Shown here: piece by piece, positions 1 through 12,889 of the stretch
Layout of the letters: every line of letters starts with the position of its first letter
How positions within the stretch are numbered: position 1 is the stretch's first letter
Translations under genes and position numbers: made by a program
Notes under the pieces: model-generated
What the model saw: the letters and a program-made list of their open reading frames with translations, nothing else
Told to the model about the DNA's origin: nothing
The model's database searches: none
Origin: Octopus vulgaris
Taxonomy: Eukaryota
Direction of reading: 5' to 3'
NCBI GenBank assembly: GCA_951406725.2
Contig: OX597833.1
Location: 18,104,001-18,168,000, forward strand
DNA length: 64,000 nucleotides

Positions 1-258
1 ATCACTGATTCATAAATTGCGTTCAAGGCATTTAACTGTCATCGGCCGAGTCCACTTGGGTCCTGTAAATAGGTTCCGCAAGTTGGTCTCGCTAAATACA
101 CAAAAGCGGTAGTATTTCGTTAGCTTGCAATTCTGAGTTCGAACCTATCTTCCTACATGAAGTGGTCTTCAGTTGTACTTCAGCCACTCAGTGGAGTCAC
201 TGGGCAAACCATTATTATTATCGCCAACCCCATTTCTCCACTCTATATCATTCATTAG

Positions 259-1680
259 CTGGTACTTTAATCGACCCCGAAAGAATGAAAGGCAAAGTCG
301 ACCTCGGCAGAATTTGAAAACAGAACGTAACGGCAGATGAAATATCTATTTCTTTACTACCCACAAGGGGCTAAACACAGAGGGAACAAGCAAGGACAGA
401 CAAACGGATTAAGTCGATTACATCGACCCCAGTGCGTAACTGGTACTTATTTAATCGACCCCGGAAGGATGAAAGGCAATCGATCTCGGCGGAATTTGAA
501 CTCAGAACGTAGCGGCAGACGAAATACCTATTTCTTTACTGCTCACAAGGGGCTAAACACAGAGAGGACAAACAAGGACAAAGGGATTAAGTCGATTATA
601 TCGACCCCAGCAACATAAGTGAAATGAACTGATTGTACTTGGAGAATCGAAACCGTATCAGTTACTCAACCTAGTTAAAGAGATTGTTAGGCAGGACGAG
701 AAATACGTTTTGACATATTACATGTACGTACAACACCGATTCTTCAGACATTTATGGTCTGTAACTTCTTGTAGTGCGCATTAATTAACACTAATGTACA
801 GGTACATGTATTTCATTTGGGTGGATTTAATATTAGAATTTTAAGGCTGTGAGCTGATGGAAGAATTAGCACGCTGGGGAAAATGCTTAGAACGTAAAGA
901 ACAGACGAATTGTCACAGAGGCTAACTTTGCCTTCCATCCTTTCGGAGGTCGATAAATTAAGTACCAGTGAAACACTGGGGTCGGTGTATTCGACTAGTT
1001 TCTTCCCCCAAAATTTCAGGCCTTCAACCTTTAGCAGAAAGGATTATCATTATTACGGCAGTGAATGTGGCGAGCTGGCAGAATCGTTAGCACGCCGGGC
1101 GAAATGCTTAGCGACATTTCGTCTGCCGTTACGTTCTGAGTTTAAATTCCGCCGAGGTCGACTTTGCCTTTCATCCTTTCGGGGTCGATTAAATAAATAC
1201 CAGTTACGCACTGGGGTCGATGTAATCGACTTAATCCCTTGTTTGTCCTTGTTTGTCCCTTCTGTGTTTAGCCCCTTGTGGGTAGTAAAGAAATAGGTAT
1301 TTCGTCTGCCGTTACGTTCTGAGTTCAAATTCTGTCGAGGTCGACTTTGCCTTTCATTTTTTCGGGGTCGATTAGTACCAGTTACGCACTGGAGTCGACC
1401 TAATCGAATTAATCCCTTCCCCCAAATTTGAGGCCTTGTGCTTACAGTAGAAAGAATTATTATTAAGACAGCGAGCTGGCAGAATCGTTAAGACACCGGG
1501 TAAAATGTTGAGCGGCATATCGCCCGTCTTTACGTTCCGAGTTCAAATTTTCACCGAGGTCAAACTTACCGTTCATCCTTTCGGGGGTCGATAAAATAAG
1601 TACTAGTTGAGTACAGGGGTCGATATAATCGACGACTTACTCCCTCCCCCGAAATTACAGGCCAAAATTTTAAATCGATA
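259..1680. mobile_element. Cluster of the same SINE family (minus 259-612; several plus copies 844-1680)
   Basis: Repeated family consensus. Confidence 0.85.
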
Positions 1681-3470
1681 GTAGTTTAATTTAAAATATG
1701 TTGATCAGGATGACCATCCCTTTAATTGCCTGTACCATGTACTCACACAAGAATTTTATTTGGCGTGAAATGAGTTCTCTAAGGAGTATAGATTGAAATA
1801 AAGGCCAAGATCTGCTTTCGATTCTGGGTTTAAGAGCAGACCATTTCATTTCGCTAATACCTCTTAGGAAAATTATGCAGGTATAACACGGATTTTCCCG
1901 AATCTTTCGTTTCAAAGCCTTTCCAGAGTACTTATTTTTCCGAATCAAGTGTAGCCACCTCGATTAGCACATTCTAAATTAAACATTCTTTTCCACTTTA
2001 GGCAGAAGGCCCGAAATTTTGGAGGAGGGGACCAATGGATTAGATCGACCCCAGTACACAACAGTACACAAAGTTGACCTCGGCGGAATTTGAACACTGC
2101 CTGGCGTGCTAACGTTCCTGCCAGCTCGCCGCCTTAAATTAAACATACTCTTTTACTTGTTTCAGTCATTTGACTGCGACCATGCTGGAGCACTGCCTTT
2201 AGTCGAGCAAATCGACCCCGGGACTTATTCTTTTGTAAGCCCAGTACTTATTCTATCTGTCTCTTTTGCCGAACCGCTAAGTGTTTAAATTTACTTAAAT
2301 ACAGGAATTTGTTGTTGTGTACCTTCTCGAGCCATGCCTGGGTCATAAAGCCGGTTTCCCGGTTTCCTTGGCGTATAGGTTCCCCACCTGGACGAGACAT
2401 CGGTCTGTCGCAGGTGAGCTGCAAGATGCAGGAGGAAAGAGTGAGAGAAAGTTGTGCCGAAAGAATCAGAAGTTTCGCCATTACCTTATCTTCTTTAAAA
2501 CGGAAGGATCCACTGGATAATACTGACTGGGGTAGGATGAAGACAGCCATATTAGTGCGTCTTTGGTAAGGAATCTAATGATTTAGGTCTGGGCGCCAAA
2601 ACAATTGCAGGTATAGAGTAAAGACGAGACAGCAGACGATAGACAAGAAAGTTGAATTTTAAAGGGACATAATTGCAGCTAGTAAACTGGTGTAAGGTAA
2701 TGGTTATCTCCCTTTACCTATAAATTGCTCAATGTAAACTTTTATGGTAGACTTTTAGAATCGGGAATGTTGAACAAAATGCCCATACACGTACACATAT
2801 ACACACACAGTGTGAAGGCGTGTGGTTTCGTGGTTAAAGCATTCGGCTCAAGATCGTAAGGTCGTGGGTTCGATAGCCGGTGGCACGTTCTGTTCTTGAG
2901 CAAAGCACATTATTTGACGTTGTTCCAGTCCACCCAACTGGCTAAAAATAAATTGTACCAGTAATTTCAAAGGGCCAGCCTTGTCACATTCTGTGTCATG
3001 CTGAATCTCCTTGACACCTATGTTAAGGGTATTGCGTGTCTGTTGAGTGTTCAGCCACTTACACGTTAATTTCACGAGCAGGCTTTTCCATTGGTCGGAA
3101 CTACTGAAACACCCATAGTCGTAACCGGTGTGTGTGTGTGTGTACATCCAGAACCACGCTAATAACTTAGGAGTGAAATTTAGGATTTCTTGCTTTTCTG
3201 GGAATCGAATTTGATAAAACTTTTCCCAGGCGCAGGAGTGGCTGTGTGGTAATTCGCTTCATTAATGTTTATGTCTAGCCCGCAAGCTACTCTTTGTAAT
3301 GCCTTTATGGCAAATTTCTATGAAATAAAGTAGCTTGCTTACCAACCACATGGTTCCGGGTGCAGTCCCACTGCGTGGCACCTTGGGTAAGTGTCTCCTG
3401 CTATAGCCTCAAGCCGACCAAAGCCTTGTCAGTGGATTTGGTAGACGGAAACTGAAAGAAGCCCATCGTG

Positions 3471-3502
<32 letters not shown>

Positions 3503-3737
3503 TATATGTTTGTGTGTCTGTGTTTCCCCCCCCCCCCAATATCGCTTGACAAACGATGCTGGTGTGTTTACGTCCCCGTAACTTAGCGGTTCGGCAAAAG
3601 ACACCGATAGAATAAGTACTAGGCTTACAAAGAATAAGTCCTGGGGTTGATTTGCTCGACTAAAGGCGGTGCTCCAGCATGGCCACAGCCAAATGACCGA
3701 AACAAGTAAAAGAGTAAGTGCAAAGAGCTGATTTGCA

Positions 3738-5027
3738 CACTATGGCAACACCATTGTTCTGCTTCCATTATTCTGTCTAACGTCCTTTCTTTTATATTTC
3801 AGATTCTTCAGTTTTTGAATGAAAACAGCCCATCAAGACAGCTTTTTCAGAAAAAGAAGCATACACTAAGTATATATTTAACAGAAAACCATAATAATAT
3901 TATAACATTTATTGACATAATGAATTATTTAGCCACATGAGCACCAAGGAAGAAACGATCCGATTGTGGGACCTCCAAGACTGTGACAGCTAGGGATTTA
4001 AGGAATATTGGCCGCAAGTTACGTGGGAAACCTAAACAAACAAGCAAAGCCATTTTCATTACCTCTGGACTTCTTCACGTACCGAAAACCACCAGAAATC
4101 GCATCCTCGAGACCATGGCTTCCGTTTGAGAACCCCTGAAATTGTCTCCTCACAGGAGTTTGAGGCGTTAATGGGCCCAAAAGTACCTGACGTTAGACAT
4201 GAGTTGTGTTCTTTTCACAGACGAAGCCAGGGCAGCCCTTGATGAACCCGACGGTTGGGTAAATGTTTGGGTCTGTTTTGGAGGTGAGCGTCACCAACCT
4301 ATTCGGCGTCAACAACAGGGTGCAGGAGTCATGTTGTGAGCTGGTATCATTGGGGACAGATTTGTTGGTCCAGTCAGGGTACCTGAAATGATTAAAACGA
4401 CCGTAGCCGCCTACTGCAATCTCCTGAAGGAGGTCGTGAATCCCTGGCTAGATGACATACTGCTGTCACTTCTAAGGAATTTCGTATTCATGCATGACAA
4501 CGCTCCCTCCCATTCTGCTAGGACCACCCAAATATTCCTAGGGTCTTATGGCATACAAGGTGAAAGGCTGATGGTGTATCCACTAGCATCTCCGGATCTC
4601 AATCCTATCGAAAATCTTTGGTCCATCATTAAACAAGATGTCTATGCCGATGGACGCCAATTTACATCGAAAGATGTCATATGGGCAACTATCAAAGCTG
4701 CAGTAGAGGCAGTTCAACCAGTTAATATTGACAGATTCCATCACTAATAGGATTTTTGAAGTTCTCAGTCGAAATGGCGCTCATGTGGCTAAATAATTCA
4801 GTATGTCAATAAATATTATAGCATTATGGTTTTCTGTTAAATATGCACTCAACGTATGATTAATATGTATCATTTCTCTTCATTTTCTGAGTAAAAAAGT
4901 TGTCTAGATGGGCTATTTTCATTGAAAAGCTATTAGCGTGGTTCACACAGAATTTGAAGAATCTGAAATAAAAAAGAAAGGGTGTTTCACAGAACAATGA
5001 GAACATAACAATGGTGTTGCCATCGTG
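3738..5027 (+). mobile_element. Tc1-like DNA transposon relic, DD37E (TRT-type), with long (about 210-250 bp) diverged TIRs
   Basis: TIRs 3738-3946 and 4775-5027 (cactatggcaacaccattgtt / aacaatggtgttgccatcgtg + TA); internal transposase relic. Confidence 0.9.
4199..4747 (+). pseudogene. Tc1/DD37E transposase catalytic domain, disrupted
   Basis: VLFTDEARAALDEPDGW...RRQQQGAGVML*AGII...FMHDNAPSH...SPDLNPIENLW; in-frame TGA; 37 residues between the second D and E. Confidence 0.9.
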
Positions 5028-5143
5028 TACAAAACAGCTGGTAAAAGTTTTATCAAAATCGATTTACAGAAAACGAGAAATCCTAAATTTCACTGCTAAG
5101 CTATTAGTGTGGTTCTGTGTGTGTGTGTGTGTGTATATATATA

Positions 5144-5515
5144 TCTCTCTATATATAAACGGCAGTTTGTCTGTGCGTGTTTCTGTGTGTCTGTTTGCTT
5201 GTACCCTCACCCTGACCACGGCTTTCAACCGATTCTGATGAAACTTGACACACACATAGCCCAACGTCATAATTCAAAACTAACGCAGCCAAAATTTTGA
5301 AAAGTTCCGCCAGTTCTGAAAAAATCGATAAATTCGACATGGGGTCGAGAATCAGAAACACGAACCACAAACTGTCTAGGGGACGCAACTCCATCCTTTT
5401 TTAACTCTCAAAAAAAAATTACCATATATTTTTCCATTTTTTGGCTATAACTCTCTAAAAATGCTTTATAGTTATTTCCCTTACAAACCTGAGCAACGCC
5501 GGGCGATACTGCTAG
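5144..5515 (+). mobile_element. Non-autonomous Helitron, family A (second copy 28798-29180)
   Basis: 5' TC after A; 3' hairpin cctgagcaacgccggg then CTAG|T; no TSD; two near-identical copies. Confidence 0.8.
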
Positions 5516-5893
5516 TATTATATACAATCCGTTCTGTCTGTGTGTGTCTTCTAGGATCTCGGGCATCCTCCATCCGATGGTGCTCAAATTTGATATGTAG
5601 ATACCAACGGTATCAGGGCGTTTATAAGTTTTGAAAAAATTACAAAAATTGATTCCAGGTGAGAATGCGATCGATAAAGCCGTGGGAATGTGCATTTATA
5701 AAATCGTTTTTCTTGGAATAGAAAAAAATTCCATCTTTTTTTCTTCTTTTTGCTGGTGTCTCAAATTTAGGTTAAATCAGTGTTACTCAAAGGGGAAACC
5801 TATGGGACGGTCGGACAAGTTGTTTTGAGAAAATTTGGTTTAAATGTTTGACAACTCAGCACCGTCCATTGGACGGGGTGGGGGCTTTTGCTC

Positions 5894-5895
<2 letters not shown>
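5516..5895 (+). mobile_element. Non-autonomous Helitron-like element, family B (also 46090-46724 with a SINE insert, 46725-47105, and their duplicates)
   Basis: 5' tctattatataaaatccg; 3' hairpin ccgtcc-att-ggacgg then CTCG|T. Confidence 0.7.
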
Positions 5896-5952
<57 letters not shown>

Positions 5953-6240
5953 CCGGCCGTAGTGTGATCATTGGTTTTGCACCTATGAAGTGCTTAGAAG
6001 TATAGGCAACTCGTTAGACTCAAATGGCCGAAGGTATAATGCTCTTAGCTTAGTTTTTCCTTGGAGCTGGCCAGATTGGAGCAATCTCAAGATTAATCAG
6101 CCAAAATTGCGAGGATGATCTGGTTTTTGACTGAGGATAGAAAGCTTGTCCTTGTTTTCTTTGTATCGTCTATCTGGATGTTTTGTTGCCCCTTTTTGTA
6201 TCACCTAGTTGTCCGGATGTTTTGCACTATTGTCCCATTT

Positions 6241-6293
<53 letters not shown>

Positions 6294-6332
6294 TTAAGTA
6301 GGTGAATGAATTATCCTAGCATGGAAAGAGGC

Positions 6333-6429
6333 TCCTTATCTTTCCTGATGAGAAGATGGCATAATGCACCCTTTATTCCTTCGGAATTAAAAGTATGCCG
6401 TCTTCGAAACATGTGTCGAGAGTAAAGGA
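6333..6429 (+). ncRNA. Type I hammerhead ribozyme with a canonical core
   Basis: Stem I UCCUUA-U-CUUUC / GAGAG-UAAAGGA; CUGAUGA at 6345-6351; 12-bp stem II GAAGAUGGCAUA/UAUGCCGUCUUC; GAAAC-AUGU-GUC with predicted cleavage after 6417. Confidence 0.85.
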
Positions 6430-6469
6430 ATTTTGTTAAAATCTTCGTTCGACTCCATTCTTTCATTTA

Positions 6470-6522
<53 letters not shown>

Positions 6523-7339
6523 ATATGTATGCTCACACATACAGTCATGCATGGCGTTTATAATTATACTGTTTGTGGTATTTAGCACACTAGAAAACCT
6601 TTTGGTAAGACCTGGACTAAGTTATAGAAATCTACTTCACCCTGTTTAGAATCTTTAGTTTCTCCCAACAGCTTTAAGTGTTTCAAGTTTTCTACACCGA
6701 TATAATTTTTTAGAAAAGAAAAAAAGAGAAAACATGAAAGCGATTTTCGTCAACATGCAAAGCTACATTAAAAAAAAATAATAATCTGGTAAAAAATTTG
6801 AAAGTGATTGGATGGATTTTTACAAGATCCCATGTCTACAGAAAATTCTCCGTTTAACCATTTCCCTCCTGGTTTTGGTTGCAGCTATTACTCTGTGTGC
6901 GTGTGTGTGCTCAGGCGAGCGATTCTTCTGGCTATCACCTTTATAACCGAACACATCTCTTATCTTTTACTCAGGTTGGAGAGATTGTGTGTGTGTGAGG
7001 TAGAGAGAGATTTAGCGTTTTTCATGTAATCCAAAGGAGTTTTCCAAATAGAGATTATGATGTCATAACATCAGTGACATTTTATCTGGAGCTTTCGTTT
7101 CAGAAATCTCATTTCGGTGAAGTTTTACCTGTTACAAATTGTCATTATGACGTCACAATATCCGTAACGTTTTCTGCAGCAGTCTACATTTCAGATCATT
7201 TTCAAACTCTTTTAACGTTTTGAAGTGATTAAAGGCTAAACTATGAGTGTCTAACATGCTGGTTGGTATCATAACATAGTTACAAGGTGTTCGGTATTGT
7301 ACCTGTATCTGTATGAACTCTCCACCGGACAATTTCATT

Positions 7340-7522
7340 TCATGAGAAGAGCTAAAGTGGCAACCTGAGGGGAAAAGAACAGCAGGGCGCCCTAAAAATG
7401 ACATGAAGAAAGGAACAAGAAGTGAGGAGCAGCTGGAATGAGACAAGTACAGCGGAAGAAAACAAAGCTGGTTGGAAAGATTGTGTTGTGGCCTTATATA
7501 CCTTATGGCACGGTGAGAACTA
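7340..7522 (+). mobile_element. 3' end of an RTE-like LINE
   Basis: LKWQPEGKRTAGRPK ... SWNETS..NKAGWKDCVVAL is typical of an RTE ORF C-terminus. Confidence 0.65.
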
Positions 7523-7574
7523 TCTCCACTCCCGACATGAATTTTGTGTGTGTGGTTGCTTGAGCCTGTTTTTT

Positions 7575-8045
7575 TGTTTCTTTATTGCCCACAAGGGGCT
7601 AAACATAGATGGGACAAACAAGAACAGACAAAGGGATTAGGCTGATTATGTCGACCCCAGTGCGTAACTAGAACGTAACGGCAGACGAAATACCCATTTC
7701 TTTACTACCCACAAGGGGCTAAGAAAGGACAGACAAACGGATTAAGTCGATTATATCGACCCCAGTGCATAACTGGTACTTACTTAATCGACCCCGAAAG
7801 GATGAAAGGCAAAGCCGACCTCGGCGGATTTTGAACTCAGAACGTAACGGCAGACGAAATACCTATTTCTTTACTAACCCAAAAGGGGCTAAACACAGAA
7901 GGGACAAACAAGGACAGACAAACGGATTAAGTCGATTATATCGACCCCAGTGCGTAACTGGTACTTTGTTTATCGACCCCGAAAGGATGAAGGGCAAAGT
8001 TGACCTCGGCGGAATTTGCCCGGTGTGCTAACGTTTCTGCCTGTT
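7575..8045 (-). mobile_element. Same SINE family, rearranged multimer
   Basis: Reverse complement of the family consensus, repeated. Confidence 0.85.
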
Positions 8046-8739
8046 TGAGTCTGTTTCTGATTGCTCGAGTCTGTTTCAGTGTGTTCAACAAATCTTATGT
8101 ATCTACATAAAATGTCTAAAAACCTACAAAGGTTTATCTACATTTTAGCTAGACATGGCTAACATAGTAACTCAGTCTCCTTCCAATCACAGCCCATTAG
8201 CATAACTTGAGGGGAAGGGGAGAGAAGGCGAGGATGGCATGAACCCCGGGCGAAGCTTTTATTGGAGTGACACTATCGAGTCTGCTGTATGGGCCTCTAC
8301 TGACTTATACGGCGGGTGGGCGGTACAGTAAACTCAAGGACTACCCCGGGTGGAGGACACTCTGGTTACTCCACTGAACCCAGGAGAGCTACCGGCCATG
8401 CAACATTGTTTACATATGCATTTGTAAGACATGCGAAAACAGGAATTTCGGGGTTTAAGTTTCAGTGGACAGGAAGGCGATGTTGAGCAACATTGCTGTG
8501 GGATGCATACATCAGGGTACAGTGACCCACTGCATTCCTTATATATCCCCAGTCACTTTGAACAAAGCTTACCACTAAACCTGGAAATTAGACAAGTGAG
8601 TGAGGCCGGACGTCTAATACTTTTATTTCTCAATGTAATTAGTCTAGTGAAAGAGAAGGCTTAATATAAAAAAGTCAAGACTCAAATATGTATGGCGCAA
8701 ATCAAGACACAAGTTTCTTCATGGGCATAACAAGAAAAG

Positions 8740-8990
8740 CACACCAAAAAGCTCTATCTGCGACGATTTCATCTCAATCGAAAGAGAGGGGCTTTCTCCG
8801 TCCGGGTTGCGGATCCGTGGAATAAGCTGCCGGACGAGATAGTGAAGATGCCGACGACCGCTCGGTTCAAAGACTCTCTTGACCAGAAATGGCCTGAACT
8901 CTTTGCATGAACACCCTCCCTGTGCATAACTCCATGTCCTCCTACATGGCCTTGCTTTTGCTTTTTGAGCCACAAAATTAACTTAACTTA
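8740..8990 (+). mobile_element. 3' end of a CR1-like LINE
   Basis: HTKKLYLRRFHLNRKRGAFSVRVADPWNKLPDEIVKMPTTARFKDSLDQKW followed by a short taact-repeat tail. Confidence 0.75.
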
Positions 8991-9754
8991 AGACATAAAT
9001 GCATGGCTGTGAGGTAAGAAGTTTATTTCCCAACCACATGCCTTCAGGTTCAGTTCCGCTGTGTGGCATATTGGGCAACAAGTGTGTGTGTGTGTGTTTT
9101 TTTTTTGCAGACGGAGCTGAAAGAATGTGTGTATGTGTGCGTGCGTCTTTGTATTAGTATCCTGCCGCCGTTTGACAAACAGTGTTGGTTTGTTTACGTC
9201 CCTTTAATTTAGCGGTCCGGCAAAAGGATCAATGAAATAAGTACTGGTCTTTAAAAACAAGTACTGGGACCGATTCTTTCGATTAAAACCCTTCAAGGTG
9301 GTACCCAAGCATAGCCGAAGAGATACAAAGCTTGAACGGCCTAGGAACATCTTGTGGCGATCTTAATCAAGATGTTCTCTGCGTACTCTGAAGTACAGCA
9401 CTTAGAATCAGAAATGATCAGAGAAACTGAGGGGCGGAGGACTGCACAGAAAGGAAGAGTCCTACAAGGTCATCATACTGTTATTAAGTGCTCCCACAAT
9501 AGACGTGGATTTTATGCTAATATTGGTCAAATAAGCCATTTCAGGACCCACACAGAGCAAAGCTGCTAACCTGGTCATTTTCAGGAAAAAAGAAGAATGA
9601 ACGTTATATATATATATATCGCCTTGTTTCTGTGTTCCTTTCTGTGGAAGAGCGTAGGCTTGAAACGTTAAAGACATTTTCACTCCCCGAGCGTTATACT
9701 AATACATCTGTTTGTTGTCTACACCACTTGTCTTCGTAATTTTTTGTGAATTCT

Positions 9755-9800
<46 letters not shown>

Positions 9801-9865
9801 ATATATATATATATGACACCAGAGTGTACCTACGCAGCTATATATATATATTTTTTTGTATATAA

Positions 9866-9991
9866 AAAATACAAAAATGGGACAAGAACGCAAAACATCC
9901 AGACAGGTTATACAAAAAAGGGATGTTTTGTTATCCCTTTTTTGTATCACCTATTTCGATGTTTTGCGTTCTTGTCGCATTTTTGTATTTT
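9866..9991. repeat. Palindrome between (TA)n tracts; one arm related to 6150-6241
   Basis: aaaatacaaaaatgggacaagaacgcaaaacatc / gatgttttgcgttcttgtcgcatttttgtatttt. Confidence 0.85.
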
Positions 9992-10400
9992 ACATATGTA
10001 TATATATATATATATAACTCGAAGTAAGGGAAGGGAGATAAACACGAGCAGATCTAATGACAGTAATGACATGGAATACAAATAGACAAAAGGAATGATG
10101 TAATAGCAGTAAATGCACTCATTAAGTCTGATTGTATTAGTCTGCTTTTTTGTTACTTCTACACAAGCTCGACGAGTATCGTTCTTAAAGTCGACTTTCT
10201 ACACTCGGAACCACCCGCCCTGGACGACGGATTTGGAATTTAAATTTTCATTTACCTGACCACCACTTGGTAAATATCTATAGCACCCTTGCTTTAGCGT
10301 TCTCCAATACACGCACTCATCTGTTTATTTTATTAATGTCACAGTTTTTTTTTTTATTATTGTGAAAGTATTCATTTCTTTTGAGCATCGCCTCTTATTA

Positions 10401-11580
10401 TTGGGTTGTCAGATAAATTCGTTCGTCTCTCTCTCTCTCTTTATATATATTAATTTTTTTTCTTATTTAGCATTGCATCGTCATATAGCTGAGGAGAGGT
10501 AAAAATTTATTCAAATTTCAAAAGCTATTAACATAAGTTGTAGAGAAAAGACAGAACCACAAAGAAAAAAAAAATTATGAAAATATTTTTCGTGTTAATT
10601 CAAATAATTAATTATTGGGAAGCGGGGACAAAATCAGTAAACGGGGTAAAATGAGTAATTTCTGGTTTGTCGTTATTGTCTCCCTACCCGTTTCAAATCA
10701 TTACATTGCAAGTACTGAATTACCATTTTGTACTCTTGCATCATTTTTGAAGTAAAAATTGTTGCTGAAGTTGAGTCCGAAGCATAGTCAGGTGACAGGT
10801 TTCTTTCTTTCTTTCTTTCTTTCTTTTTTAGAATTTTTTTTTTTAGAAATTTTTCCTCAAATTCGACCCGATTGTAATTGAGATTGCTAAGAAACTATCT
10901 GGATATGTTTTGGTGTTTAATGTTCAATATTCTTTTCTCTGGATTTCACGCCAATCTGATAATTTTCAAGTTTCAAATAGTTATGCCTAAAACGGGGTAA
11001 AATGAGTAATGACTAATTTCAATGGTCTCATCCTTTTTACCTCATGGTGCGTAACTATATCGGGAGAACAGACACTCCAGCAGATCGCAAAGAAGCTACA
11101 GAGAATATTTTGAGATTTAGTCGAGTTTCGTTAATTTCATACTTTTCCATGATCCTCTTTCACTTGATCTAAATATTAAAACTTATTTTTTGCATTTCCG
11201 ATCTTTCTGGTGTCTATGGATGGATATTGATGTGTATGAGACTTTTCAAATGCGATTCTGGAAAACTGAAAAAACAAATTTACCTTATCTTGGCTTACTC
11301 ATTTTGCCCCGCCTAAATTTTTCTTATAATACTCAAAGAGAACGGCGATAATTTCCTGAAATAGTTATATAAGATTGTTAAAATGCTTCTAATACATTTC
11401 GGGAAGACCATTTGTTTTGATGCTATAGTTTTCGTAAGGTAGTGAACATTTGTAAACTATATATTTTGTCCTCAATCTAAAATGCAGTAAAAAGTCCTTT
11501 TTGTGGCCCACCCCCTATTGTAAAGGATTAAAATAAAATGGGACGTGGGGGTACGAACGAACAAATTTAGCTAACAACCT
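10401..11580. mobile_element. Mariner-type MITE relic containing a nested DNA-transposon relic (about 10617-11517)
   Basis: Outer ends ttgggttgtcagataaattcgttcgt / acgaacgaacaaatttagctaacaacct. The inner element repeats cggggtaaaatgagtaa (10642, 10993) and its inverse (11295). Confidence 0.6.
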
Positions 11581-12130
11581 GTTTAGGAATCAAATGTCAC
11601 TTGTGATATCCGGATGCAAGGTTTTAACGTATGTACGTTACGGGACTGACTCCGTTGCTTTAGGCCCTCTGCAATGTGATGTCAGCGTTTTCAAATGCTA
11701 CAGAAATATCATGTGTCGCCTTGGTCTATTGGCAGAATAGCTAGAACGTCGGAGAAATGTTTCGTGATAATTATTCCAGCTCTTTAAGTTATGAATTCAA
11801 ATCATGTTGTGGTTGCTGACTTCACCTGTCGTCCCTCTGCCGTCGACAAAATACCAAACCGACAAATACACCGGTCGATTCTTCCTTCCTGCCTCTTCCT
11901 CCTGTCCCTTTCAGAGGTTACACGGTGAGAGAGATGAGACGGGAAGCATTCACGGAAAACCTTTCGTCCAATAAATGGGGTGGAGGGGAGTTGGGGAGGG
12001 GGAAGTAAGCCCTTCTCACCTAGAATGTTACACAAAGCCTCCAAAGAAACCAGAGAATATGGTGGCCACAGATGGATTCATTTGCTGTTATCTATCTGTG
12101 TGTGTGTATGCATATCTATTTATTCATCTG

Positions 12131-12170
<40 letters not shown>

Positions 12171-12175
<5 letters not shown>

Positions 12176-12501
12176 TATTGTAGTTCGCTTGAAGCATTGT
12201 GTATTGTTTGTAAAGAACAAAAAGTTTTGAATGGTACGACAATGCAGACAATGGGCTATATACCTGTTGTAATTTAGTCATCCATAGTCTGATATATTTC
12301 GGAATAATATTCCTTCTTCAGATATTCTTAGGTGGAGTGTGAAGAAGGAATATTATTCCGAAATATCATATCAGACTATGGATGACTAAATTACAACAGG
12401 TATATAGTCCATTGTCTGTATTATAGTGCATTGTTGTACCATTCAAAACTTTTTATTCTTTACAAACAATACACAATGCTTCAAGCGAACTACAATACTC
12501 T

Positions 12502-12502
<1 letters not shown>
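12171..12502. repeat. Long palindrome (about 150-bp arms) between (TA)n tracts, each arm carrying a hammerhead-like core; Penelope-like inverted terminal segment
   Basis: 12171-12320 is the reverse complement of 12340-12502 with few mismatches; (C/G)UGAAGA-A-GGAAU-AUU-AUUCC-GAAAU next to the loop. Confidence 0.85.
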
Positions 12503-12541
<39 letters not shown>

Positions 12542-12846
12542 GATAAGAGTAAATAATTTCTATAAAGGCTTTTAAAAAAACCCCAATTATTTACTGGTAG
12601 AATTCGGTATGTAAATATAGCCGATTACCGGCAGGAACTTCTGTAAAGTTCAGTATATATATTGTATATAAGAAAAAGGGACAGGCAAAACAGGTTGCTT
12701 GACCGCATACCGAAAAAATAGAAATAGCAGTCAAGAATGCTTATTTCTATCAAAGTTGGACTCCGGGCATGACAGACCCTGTAATTCACATATGCAAAAC
12801 AGAAGGAATAGATAACGAATACGAAGTCTGGCGGTTATCTGTTTTG

Positions 12847-12889
<43 letters not shown>

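Noticed and set aside
337-1328. Recurrent ORFs with [20 protein letters not shown] or [20 protein letters not shown] peptides
   Set aside because: Chance translations of high-copy SINE sequence, not genes
10256-10320. Possible minus-strand exon (ECVYWRTLKQGCYRYLPSGGQ|gtaaat)
   Set aside because: Acceptor lacks a pyrimidine tract, no recognisable homology and no partner exons found
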